Origin: a virus
Lineage: Duplodnaviria > Caudoviricetes
Virus record (IMG/VR): IMGVR_UViG_3300016665_000507
Location: 1-38,002 of that record
Reading direction: 5' to 3' (one strand)
Length of the DNA stretch: 38,002 nucleotides
In this document: positions 25,022-33,934 of the stretch, in pieces
Numbering within the stretch: the stretch's first letter is position 1
Layout of the letters: every line of letters begins with the position of its first letter
Program-made: the position numbers and the translations under genes
Notes under the pieces: model-generated
Database searches by the model: none
Told to the model about the DNA's origin: nothing
What the model saw: only the letters and a program-made list of their open reading frames with translations

Positions 25022-25744
25022 TCAATCGAACAGATTAATGCTACCGCCACCGGCCAATTGAGCACCGGCCAATTGCATCGGCAAATCAAGCAGACCGCGA
25101 TAAGCTCGACCTTGAGCCAGCGCACCACCAGCCGCTGCCGCACCTTGTTGCTGCAGGAGATTCGAAACGTTGGTACCGGACTGGAGCGCGGCGGTACCAG
25201 TACCAGCCGCTGCGGCTTGACCTTGTTGCAACAGATTCTGGATCGTCTCTCGACTCATGCCCGTCATACCGCCCAGGCGGCTGTATTGTTGTTCAATCGC
25301 CTGCTGGAGTAGTTGAGGACGGAACTGAGCAAGCGCGGCTTGAATATTACCTCCACGCAATCCACCGGTAGCCGAAGCTCGCTGGAGCAACGCTTCCTCA
25401 CCTTGCCGCACAGATTCTTGAAATCCAGCACCTTCAGTGATTCCACGAATTGCTTGACGTTGGCGCTCAGTCCCGAGCAACCCAAGAATGGCTTGCTGTT
25501 GCTCAAGAGCCGGCGCACCAGCTTCAGCGAACGGAGCAAGACCACCGATTGCAACAATCCCTGCTTCTCGGTAAGGTCGCAGAGTCTCTTGGATTTTGTC
25601 GAATTGACGCCGCTGTTCTTCAATGCCCGCAAGCGCGGCGGCACCTTGGATCCCTGCGGCTTCTCCAGCAGCTTCAGATTGCAAAAACCCACTTAGGAGC
25701 TGAGAGCCGCCCAATACCAACAAGTCCCACAGACCGAGTGCCAT
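25022..25744 (-). CDS. DNA ejection/transfer protein (P22 gp7-like)
   Basis: RRQFD..LRPYREAG; ASATGGLRGGN; Gly/Ala/Gln-rich. Confidence 0.8.
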   Translation of the reverse strand: MALGLWDLLVLGGSQLLSGFLQSEAAGEAAGIQGAAALAGIEEQRRQFDKIQETLRPYREAGIVAIGGLAPFAEAGAPALEQQQAILGLLGTERQRQAIRGITEGAGFQESVRQGEEALLQRASATGGLRGGNIQAALAQFRPQLLQQAIEQQYSRLGGMTGMSRETIQNLLQQGQAAAAGTGTAALQSGTNVSNLLQQQGAAAAGGALAQGRAYRGLLDLPMQLAGAQLAGGGSINLFD

Positions 25745-25803
25745 TATAGTCTCCAGTACTTCATCGACCGATCCATCTGAATTTCGGTATTAACATAACC
25801 GAA

Positions 25804-26139
25804 TCAGGTGATCTCCCGCCCCGATACGCGGAACGTCAGCGCCGTAGCCGCACTGGCGATGGTGCTGATGAACCCACCCGGCTCCAGCGCCTGGCCGACA
25901 AGTTCAGGGCAGAGATACGTCTCACCCGGCACGATGGTCTTGTCGTCGATGACGAGATTCGAGTTGCCGGCAGAGCCGCTCACCGTCACGAGGTTCACGC
26001 TCACCGTTCGGTTTACCGTGTCGGTGTTGGTGATCGTGGCCTTGTCGATGATGGCCTTGCAGTTGTTGGCCGTGTACTGCGTGGTCTGCGTGGCTTGCAG
26101 TTGCAGCGGCGGCACGAGGACTTTAACGGTGACGGTCAT
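25804..26139 (-). CDS. Hypothetical virion protein, 111 aa
   Basis: ATGA coupling; beta-rich; lies in the tail module. Confidence 0.7.
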   Translation of the reverse strand: MTVTVKVLVPPLQLQATQTTQYTANNCKAIIDKATITNTDTVNRTVSVNLVTVSGSAGNSNLVIDDKTIVPGETYLCPELVGQALEPGGFISTIASAATALTFRVSGREIT

Positions 26140-27077
26140 TGGACCCCCTGAATGTTGTTGCTGACGGTGAGAATGACGGACGGGATGCCCGGGTGTGGCG
26201 CCACGGCTCCAGACGCCAGTAGGCGCACGCCGAGGTCGGTTACCGAGAACATCAGTTCCACGTAGTCGTTTGGCTTGAGGTTGAAGAAGTAATTGAGCGC
26301 TAGGAACACCTCGGCATCATTGCCCTTCACGCGAACCTGCGACGCCGAATTTGTTACATCAACGCCATTCAGTCGGAACCACAGATAAAACTCCTCGTCC
26401 GTGGCCACCGTGCTATCCAGTTGGATCGAGGTTTGGAAGTTGTAAATCCCTTCCTGGTCCACGATAACGTGTGAGGTCGTCGTGCCAATTCGCACGCCCT
26501 GCGACAGGTCGGTGGTGTTGAACGTGATCTCTTTGGCCGTGTTGACGGTGCTCGCCGTCTGCGTAGTCGTGTCGTAGAACGAGCCGTACCGCGCCCGCTT
26601 GAACTCACGCGGCGGCGGGGCCGTGGCCAGCAGGGCGACGGTATCGCTCAGCTTCGCCAGATCGTCCAGCGCCTGCGTGGCGCGGGCCGAGACAGCAGAC
26701 ACCTCCATTGCCACAGCCTGCGCGGTCTGCTGGGCTTCGGTGGCCGTTTGCAGGGCCTGCAGGGCGCGGTTGTCGGCCGCGGCATTGGCGGTGGCACCTT
26801 CCTGCTGGAGCGCCGTCAGCGTGTCCAGCGCCTCCGTGGCTTTGCGGTCGGCCACGGCACAGCAGATGGCCGCGGCCTGCGCGAACTCAGCGATCTGGCC
26901 CAGCGCCTGGATGGCCTTGGCGTCGGCGTTTGCCGCCAGCGTGAACACCTCGTTCACGAAGTCCGGCGCAATGGCATCGACCGTCGCAAACAGCTTCTCG
27001 AACTGCTTGATCTGCTCGAAGTCCTTGAGGAACGTGGCGAGCTGGTCGCGCGTGAGGTTCAGGCGTTGCGTGGCCAT
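26136..27077 (-). CDS. Tail needle-like protein (coiled coil + C-terminal knob)
   Basis: Ala-rich heptads followed by a YGSFYD..GIYNFQTSIQ beta-sandwich; position after gp10. Confidence 0.6.
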   Translation of the reverse strand: MATQRLNLTRDQLATFLKDFEQIKQFEKLFATVDAIAPDFVNEVFTLAANADAKAIQALGQIAEFAQAAAICCAVADRKATEALDTLTALQQEGATANAAADNRALQALQTATEAQQTAQAVAMEVSAVSARATQALDDLAKLSDTVALLATAPPPREFKRARYGSFYDTTTQTASTVNTAKEITFNTTDLSQGVRIGTTTSHVIVDQEGIYNFQTSIQLDSTVATDEEFYLWFRLNGVDVTNSASQVRVKGNDAEVFLALNYFFNLKPNDYVELMFSVTDLGVRLLASGAVAPHPGIPSVILTVSNNIQGVQ

Positions 27078-27078
27078 G

Positions 27079-28488
27079 TCAGTACGCCAGCGCCTCGATC
27101 TGCGCCTCCAAGCGCAGGAACGACAGGTGCGCGGCCGAGGTGCCGCGGAACCGCTGCATGCGGAAGTTGCGCATCATGCCCTGCTGCCACCAGACGAGGC
27201 GCTTGGCCGCGTTGCCCGTAGTGCCGGCAGAGATGAAGCGATCCTGGCTCCACGACTGCCCGTCCAGCGAGTACGATGTGCTGATCTGCGGGTTCACGCC
27301 CAGCGGCACGCGCCCGGTGAGCGCGACAAGCTCAAGCTCGTGGACGACAGCGCCCTTGCCGCCGTTGTACAGCATGAGCGTGCCAAACTCCCAGCGTACC
27401 TGCTGGCCGTAGTGGTCGCTCGTCAGGTCGGTGGTGTAGCCCACGGCCGAGGACAGCGGATCACCGATGTTCCAGCGGTCAAAGCACCACACGAAGTTGC
27501 GCGCACGGTACGGCGCGAACCCCACGAGCGTGCTGGTCACCGTGAACCAGATTTGCTGGTTGGTGGCCTGGCTGGCGGCGTAGTCGTACACCAGTGTTCT
27601 GTCAGGCAGATGCACGTACAGGTGCTGGTGGGTCTTGTCGTTGCGCGCCTCCAGCTTGGACAGCGCAAGCTGCGGCTCGGTGTAGGTCAGCAGCAGTTGG
27701 TCGATTTCCTGTGTGCTGATCTTGGTGGCGTTGCCGTTGGCGCCGATGTAGATGCTAGGCGCCTCGTTGAAGCCACTTCCGAGAAACGCCACGGCCTCCG
27801 CAAAAATGCAGCAGGCGTGCGTTCCGATGCAGCCCTTTTCGATCTGCGCGCCGTCAATTCGCTGGAACGGGAAGAAATCCCCGCCCACGTTATCGAACAC
27901 CTCGATGGTGTGGCGATTCAACGCATAAACCTCGTTACGCACCTTCAATAGCGCGTTCACGGGGTCGGGGTCAACTTCGCTGCTGCCGTACTTCAGCGGG
28001 TTGACGTCCAGCGGGTTGCTCAGTTCGGTGACGATCAAAAACTCGCCGTCAGTCGTCATCCAGTAGCCGTCAACCCACACGACATCAACCACAGTTCCTA
28101 GGTCGGGGTCGGTGTTCTGAGTCAGCGTGCTGGTGGCGGGGTTCCAGAACCACAGGTTGCCGGCAGAGGCAATGCCCAGCAGGTCGAACGAGTAGTCCAG
28201 CGTGACGAGCTTGCCATTGTCGCCAACGTCGCCCAGCACAGTGATGGTGCCGTTCTGTGCCACGGTGACAAGCTTGCTGCCCATCACGCGGTACAGGATG
28301 CCGTCCCACTCGATGCCGCCGCGATCGATCCCCGGCCCGGTGCCGCTGAAAATCAGGCCGTCAGCGGGGCGCAGGTATTCCTGCGAGACGCCAGACTGCG
28401 TGGGCACCGGCACCAAGTTCACCGGATAGCTCACCCGGACATTTGGCCCGTTGTCGGTGAAGACGCCGCTGAGGATAGGGACTTGCAT
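27079..28488 (-). CDS. Packaged DNA stabilization / tail hub protein (P22 gp10-like)
   Basis: YPVNL..YLRPADGL..DRG..LYRVMGSKL; DGYW; SSEVDPD. Confidence 0.88.
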   Translation of the reverse strand: MQVPILSGVFTDNGPNVRVSYPVNLVPVPTQSGVSQEYLRPADGLIFSGTGPGIDRGGIEWDGILYRVMGSKLVTVAQNGTITVLGDVGDNGKLVTLDYSFDLLGIASAGNLWFWNPATSTLTQNTDPDLGTVVDVVWVDGYWMTTDGEFLIVTELSNPLDVNPLKYGSSEVDPDPVNALLKVRNEVYALNRHTIEVFDNVGGDFFPFQRIDGAQIEKGCIGTHACCIFAEAVAFLGSGFNEAPSIYIGANGNATKISTQEIDQLLLTYTEPQLALSKLEARNDKTHQHLYVHLPDRTLVYDYAASQATNQQIWFTVTSTLVGFAPYRARNFVWCFDRWNIGDPLSSAVGYTTDLTSDHYGQQVRWEFGTLMLYNGGKGAVVHELELVALTGRVPLGVNPQISTSYSLDGQSWSQDRFISAGTTGNAAKRLVWWQQGMMRNFRMQRFRGTSAAHLSFLRLEAQIEALAY

Positions 28489-28494
28489 ATGAAG

Positions 28495-28776
28495 TCACCA
28501 TTTAACCTTGTCGGCCCAATATGCTGCAGACATTTTGCCTTTGGCGATGTTCTGGGCGTGTCGCGCCTTGAAAGATTCGCGCCGCGTTTTATCGGATGCG
28601 GACTCTCCTTCACGCTTCGGAGAGCCACTTACACCTTGCTGACCAAATCGGATTGTTTTGACTTGGTCGCCCGCTTTGGCGACCACAACGTGCGATTTTG
28701 TCGGATGCGACGGTGTGCGCTTGGGCTTGTTATAGCCAGTCACACCAACTCGCTCAAGGCGTGGATCACGCGCCAT
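28495..28776 (-). CDS. Small basic phage protein
   Basis: TGATG coupling; YNKPKRTPSHPTKSH..IRFGQQG..SFKARH..AAYWADKVKW. Confidence 0.75.
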   Translation of the reverse strand: MARDPRLERVGVTGYNKPKRTPSHPTKSHVVVAKAGDQVKTIRFGQQGVSGSPKREGESASDKTRRESFKARHAQNIAKGKMSAAYWADKVKW

Positions 28777-29231
28777 CACGCGATCCTGTACCACGAGTTC
28801 GTGGCTTGGTAGAACCGCATGCGGAAAAAGTCCTCCGCCGCCAGCGTGGCCGGGTCGCCGTATGCCGCCGCAGCGCCGTTCAGCCCGAGCGCGAACGTGG
28901 TGATCTGCTGCGTGGTGGTGATCAGCAGTTCAGTGCCGTCAGGCGTGCTGGTGTTCAGCGGCAACGTCACCGTGCCAGCGGCTAGTGTGCCAGCGGGCTG
29001 CAGCAGAATCCATTGCTGCTGCGCCACGGGCGTGGGCGCGGCGATGTTGAAGCCAGTGGTCGGCGTGTACAGATTGGTCGCCAGCGTGGGCGAGGCAAAT
29101 TGCTGCTGGAAAAACGCCAGCAGGGTGTTAAGCGACATGCGCCGCGCATCGCCGTTGTTGGGCGTGTAGACAGCCAGTTGGTCGCCGAGCGAGGCTTGGT
29201 TGACGAGCGGTAGCTGGTAAATCTGCGGCAT
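28776..29231 (-). CDS. Hypothetical virion protein, 151 aa
   Basis: GAGG RBS; PAGTLAAGTVTLP motif; ends WYRIA. Confidence 0.7.
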   Translation of the reverse strand: MPQIYQLPLVNQASLGDQLAVYTPNNGDARRMSLNTLLAFFQQQFASPTLATNLYTPTTGFNIAAPTPVAQQQWILLQPAGTLAAGTVTLPLNTSTPDGTELLITTTQQITTFALGLNGAAAAYGDPATLAAEDFFRMRFYQATNSWYRIA

Positions 29232-29240
29232 GGTTCGGCC

Positions 29241-29723
29241 TCAGTTGTACTCGATGATGCCATCCGGACCCGCAAGCACAGGGTCTACTGGTGGGCGAAT
29301 GAACGGGTTGTCGTACATTCGCCATGGTTTGTTGCCGGCGCCTGCAGGCAACGTGCCCGGGAACTGCTGCTGCGGGGGCATGGTCGCACGCGACAACAAC
29401 GTGTTGTAGCCCTGCTTAGCGACCATCATGGTTTGTGGCATGACTGCTTTGCCGTAGCCGGCAGCGATGCGCATGCCCAGGTTGGTGATGATCGCCTCGT
29501 TGGCGCTGTCGGGCACCTCGGACTCGGCGTTGATGTCCGAGAACTGTGGTGACCCCGGCAGTGGATAGCCAAGACGGATGCCTTTGGCGTTCCACTCAGC
29601 CATCATAGCGTCGAGCCGCCGCAAGGCCTGCTCCAAATCTTGCGGCTGCAGGTCGAACACGTACGACGCCAAACCGACTTCGGCGAACGCAGCCTCAACG
29701 AATTGGCGCTTGGAATACCCCAC
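29241..29723 (-). CDS. Head-to-tail adaptor (P22 gp4-like)
   Basis: ALRRLDAMMAEW..GIRLGY..NL..RIA..YG..PAGAGN. Confidence 0.88.
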   Translation of the reverse strand: MGYSKRQFVEAAFAEVGLASYVFDLQPQDLEQALRRLDAMMAEWNAKGIRLGYPLPGSPQFSDINAESEVPDSANEAIITNLGMRIAAGYGKAVMPQTMMVAKQGYNTLLSRATMPPQQQFPGTLPAGAGNKPWRMYDNPFIRPPVDPVLAGPDGIIEYN

Positions 29724-29726
29724 AGG

Positions 29727-29897
29727 TTATCCCTTCTTTCGCATCGGTGCCTTGGATGGCTTACCAGCCTTCATGGCGGCGGTGCGAGCAGTGTTCAGCG
29801 CAATGGCGACAGCCTGCTTCTGCGGCCGACCGGACTTCATCTCCTTGGAGATGTTCGAGCTGATCGACTTCTGGGAGTAACCCTTCTTCAGCGGCAT
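29727..29897 (-). CDS. Small very basic protein, 56 aa (not in the ORF track)
   Basis: GGAG RBS; MPLKKGYSQKSISSNISKEMKSGRPQKQAVAIALNTAR... Confidence 0.75.
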   Translation of the reverse strand: MPLKKGYSQKSISSNISKEMKSGRPQKQAVAIALNTARTAAMKAGKPSKAPMRKKG

Positions 29898-29914
29898 GGT
29901 GTGCTCCAGATGTG

Positions 29915-29959
29915 AAAACGCGGGCGGCGGCCGGGGACCCCCAACCCAAACCGCCCGCG
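29915..29959 (-). terminator. Intrinsic terminator
   Basis: CGCGGGCGG...CCGCCCGCG stem followed by TTTT on the minus strand. Confidence 0.6.
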
Positions 29960-29978
29960 CTGATTACACTGCCTTGTG

Positions 29979-30581
29979 TCAGGCAATGCGATAGGTGGCG
30001 AAGGTGTCAGCAGCGGTCTTATAGGTGCGGAACCGGGCGCTGGAGGTCACGGCAACGACGGCATTGCCGTTGATGTTGTTGCCGGACGCAGCGTTGGTGA
30101 TCGTCACCGTATTGCTGCCGGTCGACAGGTTGACCAGCACCCAGTCGAAGTAGTCGCCCACATCGAACTGCGCCGCGAGATCCATGTCCGCGCCGTTGGG
30201 CAACAGCACGGCGATGGTTGCTCCGGTGGTTTGGGTCGTGGTGATCAGGCCGGACATGACTTTGGCAGTCGTCAGCGTGGCAGCCGAGTTCTGCGTGGTC
30301 GGGGTAGCCTGATAGTTGGCGCCGAACACCACGGGGGCGACACCGACCTGATATGCCACTTCGGCAGCACCAGCTTCGATCACCAGAGTCGCGCCAGAGG
30401 CATACGGCCCGAGGACCGTGTAGCCGCTGAACGTGGACTCCAGATCGTTCTGGGTCGGGTAGTTGGGGAAGCCAACCTGCTCGAAAACGGTGGTTTCCGT
30501 CAGGGTGTCGAGCGCAATGCTCTGGCCGGCAGTCAGCGTCAGCGTGGCGGTACCCTGCGACGCAATGATGGAATTGGACAT
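29979..30581 (-). CDS. Putative capsid decoration/minor structural protein, 200 aa
   Basis: AAGGA RBS; Thr/Ala-rich beta protein directly after the coat gene. Confidence 0.65.
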   Translation of the reverse strand: MSNSIIASQGTATLTLTAGQSIALDTLTETTVFEQVGFPNYPTQNDLESTFSGYTVLGPYASGATLVIEAGAAEVAYQVGVAPVVFGANYQATPTTQNSAATLTTAKVMSGLITTTQTTGATIAVLLPNGADMDLAAQFDVGDYFDWVLVNLSTGSNTVTITNAASGNNINGNAVVAVTSSARFRTYKTAADTFATYRIA

Positions 30582-30640
30582 GATGTGATTCCTTCAGAAG
30601 TGGTTGCGACACGGGCCGGAGTTACCCGGCCCGCTTGTCA

Positions 30641-31924
30641 TCAGGGGCCGGGGGGCTGTTGCCCGAACAGCAGGATGCCGGACATCTCGGGCTGCTTGTT
30701 CACGACGCCGAACAGCGTATCGAGACGATACTTGGTCTTCATCGTGTTGATGTCGTACTCCTTCTGCATCACCAGTTCGATGCCCTGGTCCGTCGAAGCG
30801 CGCATCACGTTCGCGCCAGCATCCGTCGGTACCGCATAACGACCCGGCAGGATTTCCAGCGCGTCCTTCTGCCAGAAGCAGTTGATCGGCGCGGCCACGA
30901 TGTTCAGGCGATCGATGGTGGCCGAGGCGTTCGGCGTCACCACGCAGTTCTGGTACTGCGCTTCGGCGTCGGTGCCACCTTGGTTGCTGATGATCGGGGG
31001 CGTGATCACCGAAGTGGTGGCGGTCAGGCGTTGCACGACCCGGAAGGTCTTCAGTTCGCCCGTATCGGCCTTGGTGATGTGATGCACCGCATTCACGCCG
31101 CTGAAGGTGATGGCATCGCCGGCAGCCAATTCCGTCGTCACCGAAGAATGGGTGATCGTCTGAAAGCGGTTGTCGACGTTGCTCGACTCGCCGGTCGGCG
31201 CGACCGTGGTGGCCACCGGAACCCAGTAGTTGGCAGCCGCGGCACGGGTGTCGATGGTCGGGTCCGAGCCGCCAGCCGCACGAATACGGTTGGCGTAGTC
31301 GAACTTGTAGGTCTGGAACCCGGCGACGGTGCCGACAAAGCCACGGCGGTAGGCCTGATCGCTGATCTGGTTGCCGAACGAGCGGGTTGCCGCCGCCAGA
31401 TTGCCGGCCATGCCGTTGTAGTCGCGGCTGGACAGCGCCAGATAGCGATCGAACGGTTGCACGCCCTGCTCGTTCATGATCGTGTCGCACAGCGCCACAT
31501 CATCGTAGTCACCAGCGGCGCCCGTGACGGTGACGACCAGCGAACTCTGCAGAGCCGCCACGTTCATGATCGCGAGGTTGATGTCGCTGGCGAGTTTTTG
31601 TTTGGCGGCGTCGCCGAGACGACCTTCCTGCAGAGCGTCGCGCAGTTCCAGCGCGTTCATGGTCCACGGCACCGACTTCTGAAAGCCGAGTGTCGCCGGG
31701 ACGGTGAGCTGAGTGAAGTCCGTGAAGTTCAGCGTCTGGTCCATGCCGTCGAACGACTGGGCGATGTACGGCTGCGGACGCCAGATGATGTTGTTCGTGC
31801 GCTCCATCATCGAGCCGTCGGTGCGGTACATCGAGACGTTGCGCGAGAGCACGAGCGCGTCGTTGAAGCCCTCGAGAATGTTCTCGAAGGCGACTCGCTC
31901 TTCTTTGGAGAATGCATTGGCCAT
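30641..31924 (-). CDS. Major capsid protein (P22 gp5-like)
   Basis: MANAFSKEE..IWRPQPY..AKQKLASDIN..RLDTLFGV..PEMSGI; CAGGAG RBS. Confidence 0.92.
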   Translation of the reverse strand: MANAFSKEERVAFENILEGFNDALVLSRNVSMYRTDGSMMERTNNIIWRPQPYIAQSFDGMDQTLNFTDFTQLTVPATLGFQKSVPWTMNALELRDALQEGRLGDAAKQKLASDINLAIMNVAALQSSLVVTVTGAAGDYDDVALCDTIMNEQGVQPFDRYLALSSRDYNGMAGNLAAATRSFGNQISDQAYRRGFVGTVAGFQTYKFDYANRIRAAGGSDPTIDTRAAAANYWVPVATTVAPTGESSNVDNRFQTITHSSVTTELAAGDAITFSGVNAVHHITKADTGELKTFRVVQRLTATTSVITPPIISNQGGTDAEAQYQNCVVTPNASATIDRLNIVAAPINCFWQKDALEILPGRYAVPTDAGANVMRASTDQGIELVMQKEYDINTMKTKYRLDTLFGVVNKQPEMSGILLFGQQPPGP

Positions 31925-32049
31925 GATTGTGGCTCCTGGAAACGAATTGAGTGAACGATTGCGACCGACGCCGCGCCTGCTTACTCAACCTGTTGGAGCC
32001 GGTCGGCCGCTCGAATTTAGTGCTACTGCCTACTTATGGCTGGCGAAAC

Positions 32050-32091
32050 CTGCATGCGCTGATTCTATACCAGCGCATGCAGTTCCGTCAA
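32050..32091 (-). promoter_or_regulatory. Candidate coat-gene promoter with the -10 box in the loop of a perfect 12-bp inverted repeat
   Basis: TTGACG (32091-32086), 18 bp, TAGAAT (32067-32062); arms CTGCATGCGCTG 32050-32061 and CAGCGCATGCAG 32071-32082. Confidence 0.55.
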
Positions 32092-32966
32092 CCCCTCGTG
32101 ACACCTTCTCTCTTCTGTTGTCGATACTGATGTACCTTCGTGTAATCGCCAGTCCGTTCGGCTTCTTGCCGCAGACGGTCGAGATGTGAATCGACCGCAC
32201 CCGAGACGCTGGCATTGCCTCGAACGGTCGAAGGCGGAGGAGGCGGCTTGCGACTGCTGATCTTCAATTTGGTCTCCAATTTCCCGATGGCGATTGCGAA
32301 TTTCACCGGATCGACGATCTTAGCGAATTCCTTCGCTTTTTCCGGGTCCTTTCCCAAAGCATATACGACCAACGCAGGGTTTTCCGCACCTTGGATGATG
32401 ATGCCTTGTTGGACGACGTTCAGATTCTGTTGGACGGTGTCTTCGGCTTGGTCGTAGTCCTCGAGCTTGAGCGAACTACGAGAGGATTTATAAGTTTCGA
32501 GCCTTTGAGCCCAATTACGCTTCTGGGCTTCTTCGGCCTGCTTAACCTGTTCGTTGAGAGCATCGATCTGACGCTTGTGATCATGCCATTCGATGACCGC
32601 CGTTTCATACTTGTCGGTATCAAAATCGAAATCCTCGAGCCGAGGCTTCGTCTTGATGGTCATCGTCTGCGGCTGAGTAACCGGAGTTTTCAACCGCTGG
32701 ATTTCTGCGTCTTGTTCCCTGATCTTCCGTTGGGCCTCGCGGTGTTGTTTCCGCAAATCTCGCACCCATTCCGGAGCCGTTGTTTCGGCTTGTGATTCCT
32801 CTTGGTTCAGCGGCTTGTCATCGACGAGCACGACGACTTGACCTTCATCAGCATCAGCCTCGTTTTCACCGGGATTTTCGAGTGCGGCTCCATCATGAGA
32901 ACCCTCGCTCGGCGCTTCAAGCTGCTGGGCCGGCGTCTCGACTTCTTGAACAATTTCGGTACTCAT
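32088..32966 (-). CDS. Scaffolding protein (P22 gp8-like)
   Basis: GGAG RBS before ATG 32966; acidic N-terminus, coiled coil, C-terminal AERTGDYTKVHQYR coat-binding helix. Confidence 0.85.
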   Translation of the reverse strand: MSTEIVQEVETPAQQLEAPSEGSHDGAALENPGENEADADEGQVVVLVDDKPLNQEESQAETTAPEWVRDLRKQHREAQRKIREQDAEIQRLKTPVTQPQTMTIKTKPRLEDFDFDTDKYETAVIEWHDHKRQIDALNEQVKQAEEAQKRNWAQRLETYKSSRSSLKLEDYDQAEDTVQQNLNVVQQGIIIQGAENPALVVYALGKDPEKAKEFAKIVDPVKFAIAIGKLETKLKISSRKPPPPPSTVRGNASVSGAVDSHLDRLRQEAERTGDYTKVHQYRQQKREGVTRG

Positions 32967-33026
32967 CAATTTCTCCGTCTCACACATTGACGGCTGTGTG
33001 GTTGCCGGTGGCGCGGGTGCGCCGAA

Positions 33027-33932
33027 TCAGGGGCCGCCGATGCCGATGGAGCCGTCAGGGCCAACGTCCGAGATGGCCGACGTATCGCCGGGGCCGACAG
33101 ATGTGACGCCGATGTCGGACGGCAGGCCCGATGTTGTGCCAAAAATATCGCCTGCACTGCCGCTGCTTGCAAGGGCGGCAGAGTGCCCGACATTTAATGC
33201 CTGCGACATGCTTGCGCCGCTCATAACCGCATTGGCCGCCGCCTGCGAAGCTGCCCCAGCGGCCGCCGGACCAAAGCCCATTGCGAGAGCAGCTTCTGCG
33301 GCGGCCGCGCCTGCAGCAGCGGCGTTCCCGCCGGTGCCACTCGGCCCAGATGTGGCGGTCAGGCCGCCCATGTGACCGCTCATGCTGTCTATAAGCGAAC
33401 TGGCCGCAGCCTGTCCCAATGACGTCGAAGTATCAATGCCAAAAGCCCTGCCAATATTTTCGATGTTTGACCTTCCGGCCTGCACTCCTGATAAATTGGT
33501 GAGTTGTCCGGCAATTTTTCCGGCATTTAACAGCAATGCAGTAGATCCGGGAAGGCCCATCAATCCCATCAGCGCGCCAAACGCCTGCACCGCACCTTTC
33601 GGGACGGGGGTTCCAGACATCAAACCTGATGGATCGCCGGCTTGAAGCGCGGCAATAACGGACTCGTCATTGCCCATCGCATCCATGCCCGGGCCGACTT
33701 CAGCGCCGCCCATTCCGCCGCCCATGCCGGCGCCCACACCGGCACCAACACCGGCGCCCATCTGACCGGGTACGGTGATAGAAGATGGTTGTGATGGGGT
33801 TGACGGCTGCCCGGGTGGTGGCAGCGTTCCGATGCGCCGCAACTCTGAGCCCATATTGGTGCCCATGCTAGCTGAACGCAAAATCGAATTCAACGCTGCA
33901 CCGAAAGCCAGATCTTTGATTCTCGGGTCCAT
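33027..33932 (-). CDS. Gly/Ala/Ser/Met-rich low-complexity protein, 301 aa
   Basis: GGAG RBS; fills the portal-scaffold gap; GAGVGAGVGAGMGGGMGG repeats. Confidence 0.7.
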   Translation of the reverse strand: MDPRIKDLAFGAALNSILRSASMGTNMGSELRRIGTLPPPGQPSTPSQPSSITVPGQMGAGVGAGVGAGMGGGMGGAEVGPGMDAMGNDESVIAALQAGDPSGLMSGTPVPKGAVQAFGALMGLMGLPGSTALLLNAGKIAGQLTNLSGVQAGRSNIENIGRAFGIDTSTSLGQAAASSLIDSMSGHMGGLTATSGPSGTGGNAAAAGAAAAEAALAMGFGPAAAGAASQAAANAVMSGASMSQALNVGHSAALASSGSAGDIFGTTSGLPSDIGVTSVGPGDTSAISDVGPDGSIGIGGP

Positions 33933-33934
33933 GC

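Noticed and set aside
30594-30660. Programmed frameshift at the coat C-terminus (CCC-TGA, C-runs, downstream hairpin) fusing coat to the 200-aa gene
   Set aside because: The +1 frame stops after about 7 codons, the -1 frame stops at TGA 30594-30596 before the next gene, and the 0 frame has a double stop and is out of frame with it.
26599-31954. Long antisense ORFs (e.g. 26599-27951, 29976-30839, 30635-31954; also 981-1754, 2701-3705, 15190-16416)
   Set aside because: They are shadows of GC-rich genes on the opposite strand, with no RBS or recognisable motifs.
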